A stretch of DNA of 64,000 nucleotides from Syntrophobacterales bacterium. GTDB taxonomy: Bacteria > Desulfobacterota > Syntrophobacteria > BM002. The notes beneath the pieces were generated by a model. That model was not told the DNA's origin and did no database searches. It worked only from the letters and a program-made list of their open reading frames with translations. The stretch is taken from NCBI GenBank assembly GCA_050124835.1, contig JASFEM010000006.1:6110-70109 (forward strand). The letters run 5' to 3'. This document shows, piece after piece, positions 37,673 to 47,630 of the stretch; position 1 is the first letter of the stretch; the number at the start of each line of letters is the position of its first letter. The translations under genes were made by a program, and so were the position numbers.

Positions 37673-38302
37673 CTAGAACCCTGCTGCAATCGCTTTGGCC
37701 TGCTCTCTGGCCGCCGCCATACCCTTTTCTTTGTCTTCAGGCGATCCCAGCATCGGTTCCACTAATATGGTCTGGAAATCGCCGAAACCAATGAATCCCA
37801 AAATATGTTCCAGATAGGGCCTTTGCAGATCGTAGGCTTCAGCGCCAGTACCAGAACCGTAAGCACCACCCCGCGCGTAGATGGCAGCAATCGGTTTACC
37901 GGTTACCAATCCTCTATAGCCTTCCTCAGGACTGAAACTAAAGGTGTAGCCGGGCTGAACGATTACATCGATATAATGCTTAAGCTTGTAGGGTATGCCG
38001 AAATTCCACATGGGCAGGGAAAAAAGATACTTATCCGCGTCGGCGAATTGCGAGATGATACTTTCCACCCTGCTCCAGGCCTGGCGCTGTTCGTCCGTGT
38101 GCTCGAGACCGTGAAGGATGAAGTACTTGGAATCAATGACGTGGCCGTCAAATTCTGGAAGTGTGATGGACCAAAGGTCTAGAGTTTCGACGGTATCGCC
38201 GGGGTGAGTTCGCTCATATTCTGAGATGAAAGTTTTGGCGATCTCGATGGAAGCAGATCTCTCTTTTCGGGGTGATGATTCGATATACAATAAATGTGAC
38301 AT
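37673..38302 (-). CDS. FMN-dependent NADH-azoreductase (AzoR/AcpD family)
   Basis: IESSPR...SAS, ADKYLFSLPMWNFGIPYKLKHYID, ARGG.Y. Confidence 0.92.
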   Translation of the reverse strand: MSHLLYIESSPRKERSASIEIAKTFISEYERTHPGDTVETLDLWSITLPEFDGHVIDSKYFILHGLEHTDEQRQAWSRVESIISQFADADKYLFSLPMWNFGIPYKLKHYIDVIVQPGYTFSFSPEEGYRGLVTGKPIAAIYARGGAYGSGTGAEAYDLQRPYLEHILGFIGFGDFQTILVEPMLGSPEDKEKGMAAAREQAKAIAAGF

Positions 38303-38412
38303 TCTGAGCCTCCTCTGTTGTGTCTCAAACCAAATTTATTGCAGGAAAATGGTCGGTTTTTCTAAACAGTTGCCTCAAATATAGTCACGAATAAGGCCGA
38401 TGCAACGGTAAT

Positions 38413-38590
38413 TGCCTAAAGTGAGCTAAAGTGTCTAAAATGTCTAAAATGGAAATTGTCTGGGTGGCGAGTCGCCCAACCTTACTGGTTGAGAAATGAA
38501 AGTAGTTTTATTATATTCCTTTCCCTAGCGAGTGTAGTCCTCCGGATTTTAGGCACTTTAGCTCATTTTAGCTCACTTTAGACACTTAAC
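38413..38590. repeat. Inverted pair of 9/10-mer arrays (TGCCTAAAR / TGAGCTAAAR) around a ~95-bp core
   Basis: Left 38413-451, right (reverse complement) 38546-590. Confidence 0.85.
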
Positions 38591-38604
38591 TCACGGAGTG
38601 CCCT

Positions 38605-39042
38605 ATGCAATCAAAAGTGAAAGTTTGGCTGTTTGGTGTAGTTTTCAGCCTTATGGCGTTCGCTGTTTGCCCCCTGGTCGGCAGCGGGGAAATAGGGCCG
38701 CAAAAAGTGGACTGCGACGTCAATGCTGGCCCGTGCAGCGCGGTTGTGGCAGGGAGTCAGGTGAGCCTGGATATCAATCCCAAACCTGTCAAGGCCATGG
38801 AAGACCTCACTTTTACCGTGACCTTTACTGGAGAGAAAAGTTCGTTCAACCCATACATCGATCTTGGAATGCCTGGCATGAACATGGGCAGAAACAGGGT
38901 GATATTGAGTCCAGCGGGAGAGTCCATTTTCCAGGGCAAGGGAATCATCGTCCGATGTCCCAGCGGTCGACGGACCTGGAAAGCTACAGTAGTGATACCT
39001 GAAAGAGGCTCGGTGGAGTTCGTCTTCGATGTCATCTACTGA
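38605..39042 (+). CDS. Exported YtkA/FixH-like protein (putative Cu-handling)
   Basis: Signal peptide, CDVNAGPC, DLGMPGMNMG Met-rich motif, RCPSG; translationally coupled to the DsbD_2 gene. Confidence 0.55.
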   Translation: MQSKVKVWLFGVVFSLMAFAVCPLVGSGEIGPQKVDCDVNAGPCSAVVAGSQVSLDINPKPVKAMEDLTFTVTFTGEKSSFNPYIDLGMPGMNMGRNRVILSPAGESIFQGKGIIVRCPSGRRTWKATVVIPERGSVEFVFDVIY

Positions 39043-39721
39043 AACAATTTATTTCATCCTTTTTTCCTCGGGCTTTACCGTGGGCTTTGGCCACTGCATC
39101 GGTATGTGCGGGCCAATTGTCGCCTCGCTTTCCCTTAGCCTGAAGGGAAGGGGTGTCATGGTACCCCATCTGCTATACAACGGAGGGAGAATCACCACCT
39201 ACGGTTTACTCGGCGGTTTTGTGGGAGTTTTGGGAAGCTTTACCCGAGTAACCTCAAGTATCGCGAGCCTTCAAAAAGGTGTGATGATATTTGCCGGCGT
39301 ACTCATCATCGTGCTTGGACTCGCCATGGCAGGGTGGGTTCCCTTGGGAGCAATTTTTGGAGATTACTGTAACCCCAAGGGTGTCCTGGGCCGCGGCTTT
39401 CGCAAGTTGTCCGACGCCAGGACCACCGGGACTTACTACCCTCTGGGATTGTTGTTGGGACTGCTGCCCTGCGGGCCGGTGTACACAGCCCTGATTGCCG
39501 CAGCGCGAGCCGGGATGGAGGCCCGAAACTCAACGGAGGGATTTATCCTCGGAATGGGGCTCATGCTGTCATTTGGCCTGGGCACGGTGCCAGCTCTTTT
39601 TCTGGTTGCCAAGCTTACCGACCTCGGCTGGTTGAAAAGGAGAGATGTGATCTACAAGGCATCCGCGGTTCTCATGGTCATTGTGGGGGTTTATTTTGTG
39701 ATCAAAGCAATCAGGTATTGA
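39029..39721 (+). CDS. DsbD_2 / sulfite exporter TauE-SafE-like membrane protein (oxidase/metal assembly type)
   Basis: GHCIGMCGP, YNGGRITTY, GLLPCGPVY, FGLGTVP motifs. Confidence 0.85.
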   Translation: MSSTETIYFILFSSGFTVGFGHCIGMCGPIVASLSLSLKGRGVMVPHLLYNGGRITTYGLLGGFVGVLGSFTRVTSSIASLQKGVMIFAGVLIIVLGLAMAGWVPLGAIFGDYCNPKGVLGRGFRKLSDARTTGTYYPLGLLLGLLPCGPVYTALIAAARAGMEARNSTEGFILGMGLMLSFGLGTVPALFLVAKLTDLGWLKRRDVIYKASAVLMVIVGVYFVIKAIRY

Positions 39722-39739
39722 CGGCCTGTTGCCCAATTA

Positions 39740-40065
39740 TGACTTGCCAGCTTGAAAGTCGAATCGTGGTTGGTCCCACAATTCAATCTGTCTTCATACG
39801 AGGACAACTTTGGCTATTAAACCAAAAAAATCACAGAGCAGACAAAGAAGATCTACTTCGAATATCCCAGCGCTAAAGCCCGTTGTGCGCGGGTTAAGTG
39901 TTCTTATTTGTATACCCGCGGGGTGGAGTTCTTCATACCGAATTTGCTTGATATCCACTCTGTAGCCTGCCTTAGACGCTGTGACCGGTCTGATTCCCAA
40001 CCCAGTTACTCTACTAAATTTAATTATTTCAAACACTTGTTTCCTTCCGCGTTGTGAGCCGTTCT
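39740..40065 (-). pseudogene. Possible degraded PilZ-domain gene
   Basis: Fragments in two frames (ERLTTRK; GYRVDI..AGIQIRT; LIAKVVLV*RQIEL..AG) loosely follow a PilZ layout, with a frameshift and stop. Weak. Confidence 0.25.
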
Positions 40066-40162
40066 ATTGGCATTTTTCTTGCTGTTTCAGCGTGGCGTAG
40101 GCAGGCGGCTTCATGAAAATGCCGGGAAACTGGTACTTTTCATTTCGTGTCAGGTTAACTAT

Positions 40163-41605
40163 ATGAAATTATTAAAACAATGGAAGTTTCTCAATTCTAA
40201 AGCGGTGGCATTTTATCAACAAGGCTGGTATTCGGTAGCTGCCAGCTTAGGTGAAGAGACCCTTAAATTTGCCGAGAAAGCATTCGGCACAGACCATCCA
40301 TATGTTGCGGAGTCCTTGAATAATCTTGCGATTATTTACTTCTCACAGGCGAAAGAAGCCGAGGCTGCCATTTTCGAACAAACACTAACCCAGCGTGAAG
40401 GAAAGGTGCTCTGGCCGGACCATCCCGAAACCTCACAATACCTGAACAAACACGTCTTGCATAATCTCGCCCAACGTAAGTACAGTCAGGCAGAATCTCT
40501 ATTTAGACGAACCCTGGAAATCAAGAAAAATGCTCTTGGTCGGGAACCCTCAGAGTGGATGCAAGTATTAGGTAACCTTGCTGACTTACATAAATCCCAG
40601 GGCAAATACGCCGAGGCTGAATCCTATCTGAGATCGCTTAGAGTTAGAGATAAAATAGATTCGCGATACGAACAACTGACTGATGAGGAAACAGAGAACT
40701 CTGATCTGCGGGAGTTGAGTCATAACCGGGAGTACATGCGGTGCAGCGGCTACTTTCCAGCCAGACTATCCAAGTCGGAGAAGACCGGTCACATCAGCGG
40801 GATAACAGAAAACATCAGCCAGGTGGGAACATTCATTAAGACCAAGGACTGGAAATCTTTCAGAACTGACGATCAGGTTTCGATAGCAATCTCCCTTCCC
40901 TCAGTTTTCTCGGAACAGAACGCCACAATCGACATGGAGGGTCGCGGTATAGTAACCCGGGTCGATGAGGAAAACGAAGGTGTGGCCATACAGTTTATGA
41001 GGACTTTCAAACAATTCAAGAGAGTGGGCGAGAAAGAGCTCCCGGGGAAAATTAGATACAAAAAAATCGCTCATTATCTCAAGGTCTTAGAAGATACCTC
41101 ATTGACAAGTTTCGTAGAAACATATCCTAAAGGATTTTTCGTTGAAAGATTTCAGCTCGATTTTGACAGTGATGTGATTTTCCAATTCAGCACAAAACAG
41201 ATAGATATCTTAGATGAGCTATCAGGAAAGGTAATAGATTCCGATTTTTTGGAAGCAAGAGTCATCGAAATAAATAGCAAAAAAATTGAAAATAATGAAG
41301 GCGTAATTACCATAGGAAGATCAGCAAGTAATGATATCGTCTTGTACAATAAAACGGTTTCCAAATCACATGCCTTTCTATATTTTCCTTCTGTTCATGA
41401 TGACGCCTACGTGGCTGACCTGAAATCAACAAATAGCACTTTCATTAATGATGAAAAGATAACACCACACGTCATGTATCAGTTGGCGGATGGCAATGAG
41501 ATATCGTTTGGACCACAAACCAAGCTTATCTTCCTCACATCGAAAACTTTCCATGATTTTCTTGTCTCGCTAAAAAAATCTCGCCAAAGTCAAATGGATT
41601 CCTAA
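40163..41605 (+). CDS. TPR + PilZ + FHA multidomain signalling protein
   Basis: TPR_12-like (DHPYVAESLNNLA), PilZ REYMR...ENISQVG, FHA ITIGRS..ND...VSKSHA...DLKSTNSTFIN; AT-rich; start refined to ATG 40163. Confidence 0.75.
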   Translation: MKLLKQWKFLNSKAVAFYQQGWYSVAASLGEETLKFAEKAFGTDHPYVAESLNNLAIIYFSQAKEAEAAIFEQTLTQREGKVLWPDHPETSQYLNKHVLHNLAQRKYSQAESLFRRTLEIKKNALGREPSEWMQVLGNLADLHKSQGKYAEAESYLRSLRVRDKIDSRYEQLTDEETENSDLRELSHNREYMRCSGYFPARLSKSEKTGHISGITENISQVGTFIKTKDWKSFRTDDQVSIAISLPSVFSEQNATIDMEGRGIVTRVDEENEGVAIQFMRTFKQFKRVGEKELPGKIRYKKIAHYLKVLEDTSLTSFVETYPKGFFVERFQLDFDSDVIFQFSTKQIDILDELSGKVIDSDFLEARVIEINSKKIENNEGVITIGRSASNDIVLYNKTVSKSHAFLYFPSVHDDAYVADLKSTNSTFINDEKITPHVMYQLADGNEISFGPQTKLIFLTSKTFHDFLVSLKKSRQSQMDS

Positions 41606-41900
41606 CCCGCATGATTCACGAAAAGATTCTAAAAGGCTTCACGTTAAGTCCCCTACCAATTCAGGAGGGGAGGAGAATGCCTGTCTTATTCAACAGGCTG
41701 CTGCTAATCTGAAGCGATCTAGTTAATGGCATTACTGGAAACAGAACCTCTACGACGTTTTTCTAGCCTAAGAATTCAGTTATCCCGTCCTCAAACAATA
41801 CGAGTCAAAGCGATATATATAACTAATTATATTGAGTTTTAAAAGAATATAATTTTCTTGTAAATTTTCACTTGACTTACCAAGTTCATGTCGGTAAAGT

Positions 41901-41916
41901 AGTTCATACTATGAAG
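41901..41916. promoter_or_regulatory. Candidate MarR operator 1 (autoregulatory)
   Basis: Palindrome TTCATA-C-TATGAA overlapping the marR ATG and just after TTGACT-N17-TAAAGT. Confidence 0.55.
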
Positions 41917-42390
41917 GATAATGTCACAGATCCCATAGACGAACTGCTGGGTTATCAAGCCGAAAGATTACAAAACCTCATCGAAGAGATTCTGCATTGC
42001 TGTAAAGAAAGAACATCCTACCTATCTAAGAAATTTAACATTCCTGAAGCAGAATTGCGTTGTTTGATGCTGTTTGGCGAAGAGAGATATCTGACGGCAA
42101 AGGGCATCTCTCAAAAGCTTGACGTGGCCAAAAGTCGGGTGACCAAGATTATCAACGGCATGATGGCGAAGAAACTGGTCGAAAGCGTAGACGATCCCAA
42201 GGATGCCAGGATTAAGCTCATCGGCCTTACCCCCCAAGGACAGAAGAAGTCGAGAGAATTGAGTGCCATCATTACGGATCTTCATCAGAAACTGCTATTG
42301 GAATTCGAGCCCGATCAGCGAAAAATGGTGCTTTCATGCCTGGAAGTGCTCCGCTCAAGCATGGAGGCCGTCAAGAAACAATTGGTCTAG
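41911..42390 (+). CDS. MarR-family transcriptional regulator
   Basis: wHTH LTAKGISQKLDVAKSRVTKIINGM..K.LV...DPKDARIKLI.LTPQG. Confidence 0.92.
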   Translation: MKDNVTDPIDELLGYQAERLQNLIEEILHCCKERTSYLSKKFNIPEAELRCLMLFGEERYLTAKGISQKLDVAKSRVTKIINGMMAKKLVESVDDPKDARIKLIGLTPQGQKKSRELSAIITDLHQKLLLEFEPDQRKMVLSCLEVLRSSMEAVKKQLV

Positions 42391-42625
42391 AAACACTTTG
42401 ATATATATTTGTCACAGGGGTAGCTAGTACTTTTACTTTTCCTTCAGAAGGTTTTCGCACTTGGGATGATCATAGCTCGATTTCTTATTTTCTGTCTCTC
42501 CACCGAAAACTGAAAAGAAACCCTTCTTACCCCTATCTCCGACGGAAGTTCAGCTAGATTCTCAGGTTGCTGCACAAGCTCTTACCGGCGAAGGGTTTGT
42601 GTAAAGTGCCAATTTTCTTGATCAT

Positions 42626-42646
42626 ATGGTTAATACTATTAACTAT
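42626..42646. promoter_or_regulatory. Candidate MarR operator 2, upstream of the FadL-like gene
   Basis: ATGGTTAATA-C-TATTAACTAT palindrome; shares core GTT(C/A)ATACTAT(G/T)AA with operator 1. Confidence 0.55.
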
Positions 42647-42808
42647 ATTTCTGCGGTTGACGCCATAAGAGTTTGAAATGGTTTCATAGATAACCACTTA
42701 GTAAAGACACAGCGAGAAAACAATTCATGTAAAGGAGGTGAAGGGAAGACAATTTTAGGAAGTTAACCTGATTGAAGACAAAGGAGGAAAACACGGAGGG
42801 AAATCAAA

Positions 42809-44122
42809 ATGAAAAAAATATTTACGATTCTTGCAATTCTTGTCATGGTTACAACGCTCTCACCTTCTGCTTTTGCCACCAATGGTGACAATTTGATCGG
42901 TGTTGGCCCCATTTCAAGAGCGATGGGTGGCGTGGGAATAGCCGCACCTCAGGATGCCATCAGCGCGGTTTTTGCCAACCCGGCAGCCATGTGCTTCGGG
43001 CCGTACTGCCCCACGTCACAATTTGATTTTGGTGCCACCATGTTTGCGCCCAAACCTAGCGCCGAAGTAACCGCCTTTGGTCAGACCATCAAGGAGGACA
43101 GTGAGGATAATATCTATCCCATCCCCGCCATAGGTTTTTCCGTTCCCGTAGGGGGGGCTGATTCCAGATTGCGGTTCGGACTATCGGCCTACGGCGTATC
43201 AGGTCTTGGGGTGGATTACCGGGACTCCGACCTGGACAACCCGCGATTTTTTGACTTCGATCCTGCTGGCGCTGGCAATCCGGACCAGCGTTATGCCCCC
43301 CTCATTCAGGGAGAGTACACCCAGTTACAGATCATGAAGTTTGCCCCGGCGGTTGCCTATCAGGTCACGCCCCGGTTGTCTTTGGGTCTGGCAGTTCACG
43401 TCAACTATGCAAACCTCGACCTGAGAAACGGCAACTCTCCCAACTGGTCTGCCGGTGTGCAACCGGGTATCATCTATAGGCCTCTGGACAACTTGTCGCT
43501 GGGCTTAACCTACGTTTCGCCTCAAGAGGTAAACCATAGGGATGTACTGCTCGCCGATCCTACGACTAACAATTCGGCAAATCTGAAGTTAGAATCTCCA
43601 CAGCAGGTGGGACTGGGAGTTGCCTACGAGTTTGTCGGGATCGGACTGTTGCTCGAGGCGAATGGGAAATGGATCAATTGGTCGGATGCCAATGGATACG
43701 ACGATTTTGACTGGAACGACCAGTATGTCATTGCGTTGGGGGCGCAATGGGAAGCCATCCCCAAATTGTTCCTCAGGTTAGGATACAACTATGCCGAGAA
43801 TCCGGTGGATGACCATGATGGCTGGGACGGCAGTTTTGGTCCAGCGGGTCCGAATGACACTGTAACTGTCCAGGGAACAACCTTTCCGCGCTACTATTAT
43901 GAATCTTTCAGGGTTGTCGGCTTCCCGGCCATAGTGGAGCACCACCTCACCCTGGGCATCGGCTATGAGTTCAATGAAGCCTTCTCATTTAACCTGGGCT
44001 ACATGCATGCCTTCAAGAACGATCTAGAGGAGACAGGCACGGACCCCTTTGGTACTCCAGCCAAGTTTAAGTCGGAACTCTATGAGAATTCCCTTGATTT
44101 CGGCTTCACCTGGAGATTCTAA
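42809..44122 (+). CDS. OmpP1/FadL/TodX-family outer-membrane transport protein
   Basis: Signal peptide, TNGDNLIGVGPISRAMGG, AVFANPAAM, GLSAYGVSGLG, C-terminal WRF. Confidence 0.9.
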   Translation: MKKIFTILAILVMVTTLSPSAFATNGDNLIGVGPISRAMGGVGIAAPQDAISAVFANPAAMCFGPYCPTSQFDFGATMFAPKPSAEVTAFGQTIKEDSEDNIYPIPAIGFSVPVGGADSRLRFGLSAYGVSGLGVDYRDSDLDNPRFFDFDPAGAGNPDQRYAPLIQGEYTQLQIMKFAPAVAYQVTPRLSLGLAVHVNYANLDLRNGNSPNWSAGVQPGIIYRPLDNLSLGLTYVSPQEVNHRDVLLADPTTNNSANLKLESPQQVGLGVAYEFVGIGLLLEANGKWINWSDANGYDDFDWNDQYVIALGAQWEAIPKLFLRLGYNYAENPVDDHDGWDGSFGPAGPNDTVTVQGTTFPRYYYESFRVVGFPAIVEHHLTLGIGYEFNEAFSFNLGYMHAFKNDLEETGTDPFGTPAKFKSELYENSLDFGFTWRF

Positions 44123-44213
44123 AACGATGATCAACCAGTTATCTCAGTCGTGGACAATGGGTTTTTAGTCGACTAATATTATTTTATATTTGAGATTTAG
44201 GAGGAAAAAAACA

Positions 44214-44657
44214 ATGGCAGAAGAAAAAGAAAAAGCAGCGTTTATTTGTGTAAAGGACACCCTGGATGGGGCTTACCCGTCTCTGGTCCTGGGAATCAAC
44301 GCGGCCCGGCAGGGCATGGAGAGCAAGATCTTCTACTCATTTATGGGGTTGAACATGGTGCTCAAAGGTGGCGCTGAAAGGGCGAAGTTCGTTCCCCCCG
44401 GCGTCATGGGTGCCATCCCCGGGATGTCCAGCATCGCCACCGGCATGATGAAGAAAAAGATCGACAAGGCCAATATTCCCAGCCTGGCAGAACTCCAGGA
44501 GGTGGCTCAGCTGGAAGGGGTCGAGTTGATCGCTTGCAAGATGACCATCGACATGATGGAGATAAAAGAGGACAAGCTGATTGATGGCGTCCCCGTCTGG
44601 ACGGCTGAGGATTTCCTGGTGTACGCCAGGGATTGCAAGATCTGCCTCTTTACCTAA
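44214..44657 (+). CDS. DsrE/DsrF/DrsH-like (DrsE_2) protein
   Basis: TLDGAYPSLVL, IFYSFMGL, MMKKKI.KANIPSL.EL, LIACKMTIDMM (conserved Cys); start ATG 44214. Confidence 0.85.
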   Translation: MAEEKEKAAFICVKDTLDGAYPSLVLGINAARQGMESKIFYSFMGLNMVLKGGAERAKFVPPGVMGAIPGMSSIATGMMKKKIDKANIPSLAELQEVAQLEGVELIACKMTIDMMEIKEDKLIDGVPVWTAEDFLVYARDCKICLFT

Positions 44658-44669
44658 TGTTCTTCATTG

Positions 44670-44700
44670 TCACGGGCGGGGCTAATACCCCCGCCCGTGA
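44670..44700 (+). terminator. GC-rich 12-bp hairpin after the DsrE-like gene
   Basis: TCACGGGCGGGG / CCCCGCCCGTGA perfect arms, 7-nt loop, weak T tail. Confidence 0.65.
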
Positions 44701-45005
44701 TTAAACTATTGACACGCTGATAGCTTTTGCTCAGCAAAATCGCTCTCTCGCCCTCCCATCCCGATGAGATGGAGGACAGCCTGCCCTTCCTCATATCACC
44801 CAAGATCCATTCACTCCGCTATGTAATCATAAGTATTGACACTTTTCTCTTCAGCCTTATCATTGCTTGTAATCTTTAAGTGGAATTATAGAATTTTGCT
44901 TGCAGTGTGACTTGACTTCGGGCAAGCTTGTTGGCCGAATTATAATAAATTGCTTGGCGATTTGAGGCATACCTATTAACGAGTAACTGCAGCTCGAGGT
45001 AGCTT

Positions 45006-47483
45006 ATGCGATGGCGTAGCGTAAAAACTTTTTTGTTGGTTGTAATACTGACCGCCACTTTTGTGACGTTTTCCATACAAGTGACCGCTCAGGAACCACC
45101 AACTGCAAAACCTGCCCCTGCTGAAGAAGAAAAACCGGCTGCGGCACCGGGTCTGGCCGAACTTGACCCCAAAGCCACTGCATTGGCCGCGCGCTTGACC
45201 GATCTCGAAAATGAGATAGCAGCACTTCCCGATCTATCCCCCATTAAGGAAAACATCAAGAGCGTAGCGAAAAATGAGCAGATGCTCTCCCAACGGTTGG
45301 AGAGCTTGAAACTCTCCAAAACTTACGAAACCAGCCAGTACAGCAAGTTCAAGGAAGAATTACGCGTGGAGAGCGCTTTCCTTGAAAGAGCCATCCAGCC
45401 TCTTACCCAATCGCTTAATCGAATGGAGTCTTGGAAAAAAGAGTGGTCTGACGAGAAAGAACTCTGGAAGCAATGGCAAGCATCGCTGCCGAAAGAGGTG
45501 CCAGCCAGCGCGGTGAAACCCACCTTCACTAAAGCCCAAAAAACAATCGACAAAGCGCTGGCTCTCATCTCCCAGCATTTGAAGCCAATATTAACGTTAC
45601 AACAGGAAGCGGGTGACCTGCAGGCCTGGCTTTACTCCCTGGCCTCCGGAGTAGATGCTTTGATGGCAACCTTACGCGTAGACATCCTGCGCAAGTCAAC
45701 TCCCCCGATGTATTCGTCTCAATACTATGCCAAATTCAACAAAAACTTGTGGGAGGAGTTGCAGCGAGGATTGGCTGCATTTGCCTGGCCCGGAAAACAG
45801 TTCTTTAAAAGCTCAGGGGTGTTGATTGCATCACAGGTTTTCCTTGCGCTGATCATCATCTTTGTCATAGTTCGTTACCGAACCTTCCTGGAGGAAGAAA
45901 AGCGGTGGCGGTTTTTTGCCTACCGGCCGATCTCTGTTGGCGTCTTTGTCGCCGCTGTTACGCTTAGTGCCTATTACCAAACAATGCCTCCTGCCTGGAC
46001 TTTAATCTTGTGGTCTGCCCTCAGCATCGCTGCAGCTCGGCTCGTCGAAGGGTTGATTACTGGATTCTGGAGAATACGGCTTTTCTTTGGCTTGGCCATC
46101 CTGGTGATAATCACCAAATTATTAGAGGTTTTTGCGCTGCCCCTTCCACTTTTCCGCTTGTACGTTTTCTTGATGGCTCTGACTGTCGTGTTTTTCTGCT
46201 TCTGGCGATCTCTCGAAGCCAGACGCAAAGACGGTTCACCTTTCTACATCTGGTCGCTACGATTGTGCGGCCTCGTTTTTATCTTGGTATTCGCAGCAGA
46301 GGTGGTGGGTTACAGCGACTTGTCCATCGTGCTGTTCGAGGTTTCGCTCAGCACGATTTATGTCATCCTGCTGACCTGGATGCTTATGTTCATGGCGCGC
46401 GGCGGTTTAGAACTGGCTGTCCGCGGCTCATTTCTCCGAGAAATCCCTTTCGTCCGCAGTAATGCTGAGGTGATCATTCGGCGCTCTGCGCTTTTGACCA
46501 ACCTCCTCATCGCCTTTGTGTCACTTGGTTACCTTCTTGAGGCTTGGCAGTTATACACCACCCCAATCGAGGCACTTCGATCGTTGCTGTCGGTGAGTAT
46601 TACCATCGGCTCCTGGCGGATTAGCGTCGGCTTGGTTCTTGCGGCGGCTGCTGTTCTCTATGGCTCCCTGCTTTTGTCCTGGATTGTGCAGGCGTTGCTC
46701 ATGGAGGGATTTTTTACCAAACGTGAGTTGGAAGCCGGCGTGCGGATCTCAATGGCACGATTGGTCCACTATGGTTTGGTATTGGTGGGCTTTCTCCTGG
46801 CTCTGGTAGCGCTGGGTTTTAACCTCAGGAATTTCACCATCATTGCCGGTGCCTTGGGCGTGGGAATTGGTTTCGGACTCCAGGGTATCGTGAACAACTT
46901 CGTCTCCGGTCTCATCCTCCTATTTGAACGGCCTGTCAAAGTTGGTGATTACATCCAGTTGGGCGAGCAGTGGGCTCAGATCCAAAAAATTGGCCTCCGG
47001 GCAACAGTCATCCAGACTTTTGACCGCTCGGAAATCGTCGTTCCCAATAGCGATCTCATCGCCAACCAGGTGACCAACTGGACGCTTACGGATCGGTTTG
47101 CCAGGATTATCGTACCGGTGGGGGTGGCTTATGGTTCTGACGTTCCCCTGGTGTTTGAAACGCTCATGGAGTGCGCCATGGCAAACTCCAAGGTGATGAG
47201 GTTGCCCGAGCCGCAGATTCTCTTCATGGGATTCGGTGATAGCTCACTGAATTTTGAGCTTCGAGTCTGGATATCCAATGTTGACGACAGGCTGACGGTG
47301 CGGAGTGACCTTCACCGTGATATTGATGCAAGGTTCCGACAGGCGGGCATCGTGATCGCCTTTCCCCAGAGAGACCTCCACATACACAAGGTGGACAAAA
47401 AGGCTGCTCCGGGTCATCAGGATTATGAGATTCGGCGGTCCAGTGAGGCGGCGGTGGGCGGCGATGGCGAAGACAATGGCTAA
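45006..47483 (+). CDS. Large MscS-family mechanosensitive channel (MscK-like N-terminal extension)
   Basis: Signal peptide, coiled-coil region, many TMs, GALGVGIGFGLQ.IVNNFVSGLILLFERPVKVGD, VPNS, VGVAYGSD, AFPQRDLH. Confidence 0.92.
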   Translation: MRWRSVKTFLLVVILTATFVTFSIQVTAQEPPTAKPAPAEEEKPAAAPGLAELDPKATALAARLTDLENEIAALPDLSPIKENIKSVAKNEQMLSQRLESLKLSKTYETSQYSKFKEELRVESAFLERAIQPLTQSLNRMESWKKEWSDEKELWKQWQASLPKEVPASAVKPTFTKAQKTIDKALALISQHLKPILTLQQEAGDLQAWLYSLASGVDALMATLRVDILRKSTPPMYSSQYYAKFNKNLWEELQRGLAAFAWPGKQFFKSSGVLIASQVFLALIIIFVIVRYRTFLEEEKRWRFFAYRPISVGVFVAAVTLSAYYQTMPPAWTLILWSALSIAAARLVEGLITGFWRIRLFFGLAILVIITKLLEVFALPLPLFRLYVFLMALTVVFFCFWRSLEARRKDGSPFYIWSLRLCGLVFILVFAAEVVGYSDLSIVLFEVSLSTIYVILLTWMLMFMARGGLELAVRGSFLREIPFVRSNAEVIIRRSALLTNLLIAFVSLGYLLEAWQLYTTPIEALRSLLSVSITIGSWRISVGLVLAAAAVLYGSLLLSWIVQALLMEGFFTKRELEAGVRISMARLVHYGLVLVGFLLALVALGFNLRNFTIIAGALGVGIGFGLQGIVNNFVSGLILLFERPVKVGDYIQLGEQWAQIQKIGLRATVIQTFDRSEIVVPNSDLIANQVTNWTLTDRFARIIVPVGVAYGSDVPLVFETLMECAMANSKVMRLPEPQILFMGFGDSSLNFELRVWISNVDDRLTVRSDLHRDIDARFRQAGIVIAFPQRDLHIHKVDKKAAPGHQDYEIRRSSEAAVGGDGEDNG

Positions 47484-47630
47484 TCAAGTCGAACAGTGAC
47501 TACAATACACTGCTTTCCATCATCCCCGATCCCAGATCAGATCTGTGGATTTGTTTCGTGCTCTTGCCTGCGGAATTCTGCCATGTGGACCTCCTGAGAC
47601 GGTCACCAAATCTAGAGGAAATTTTGGGCC

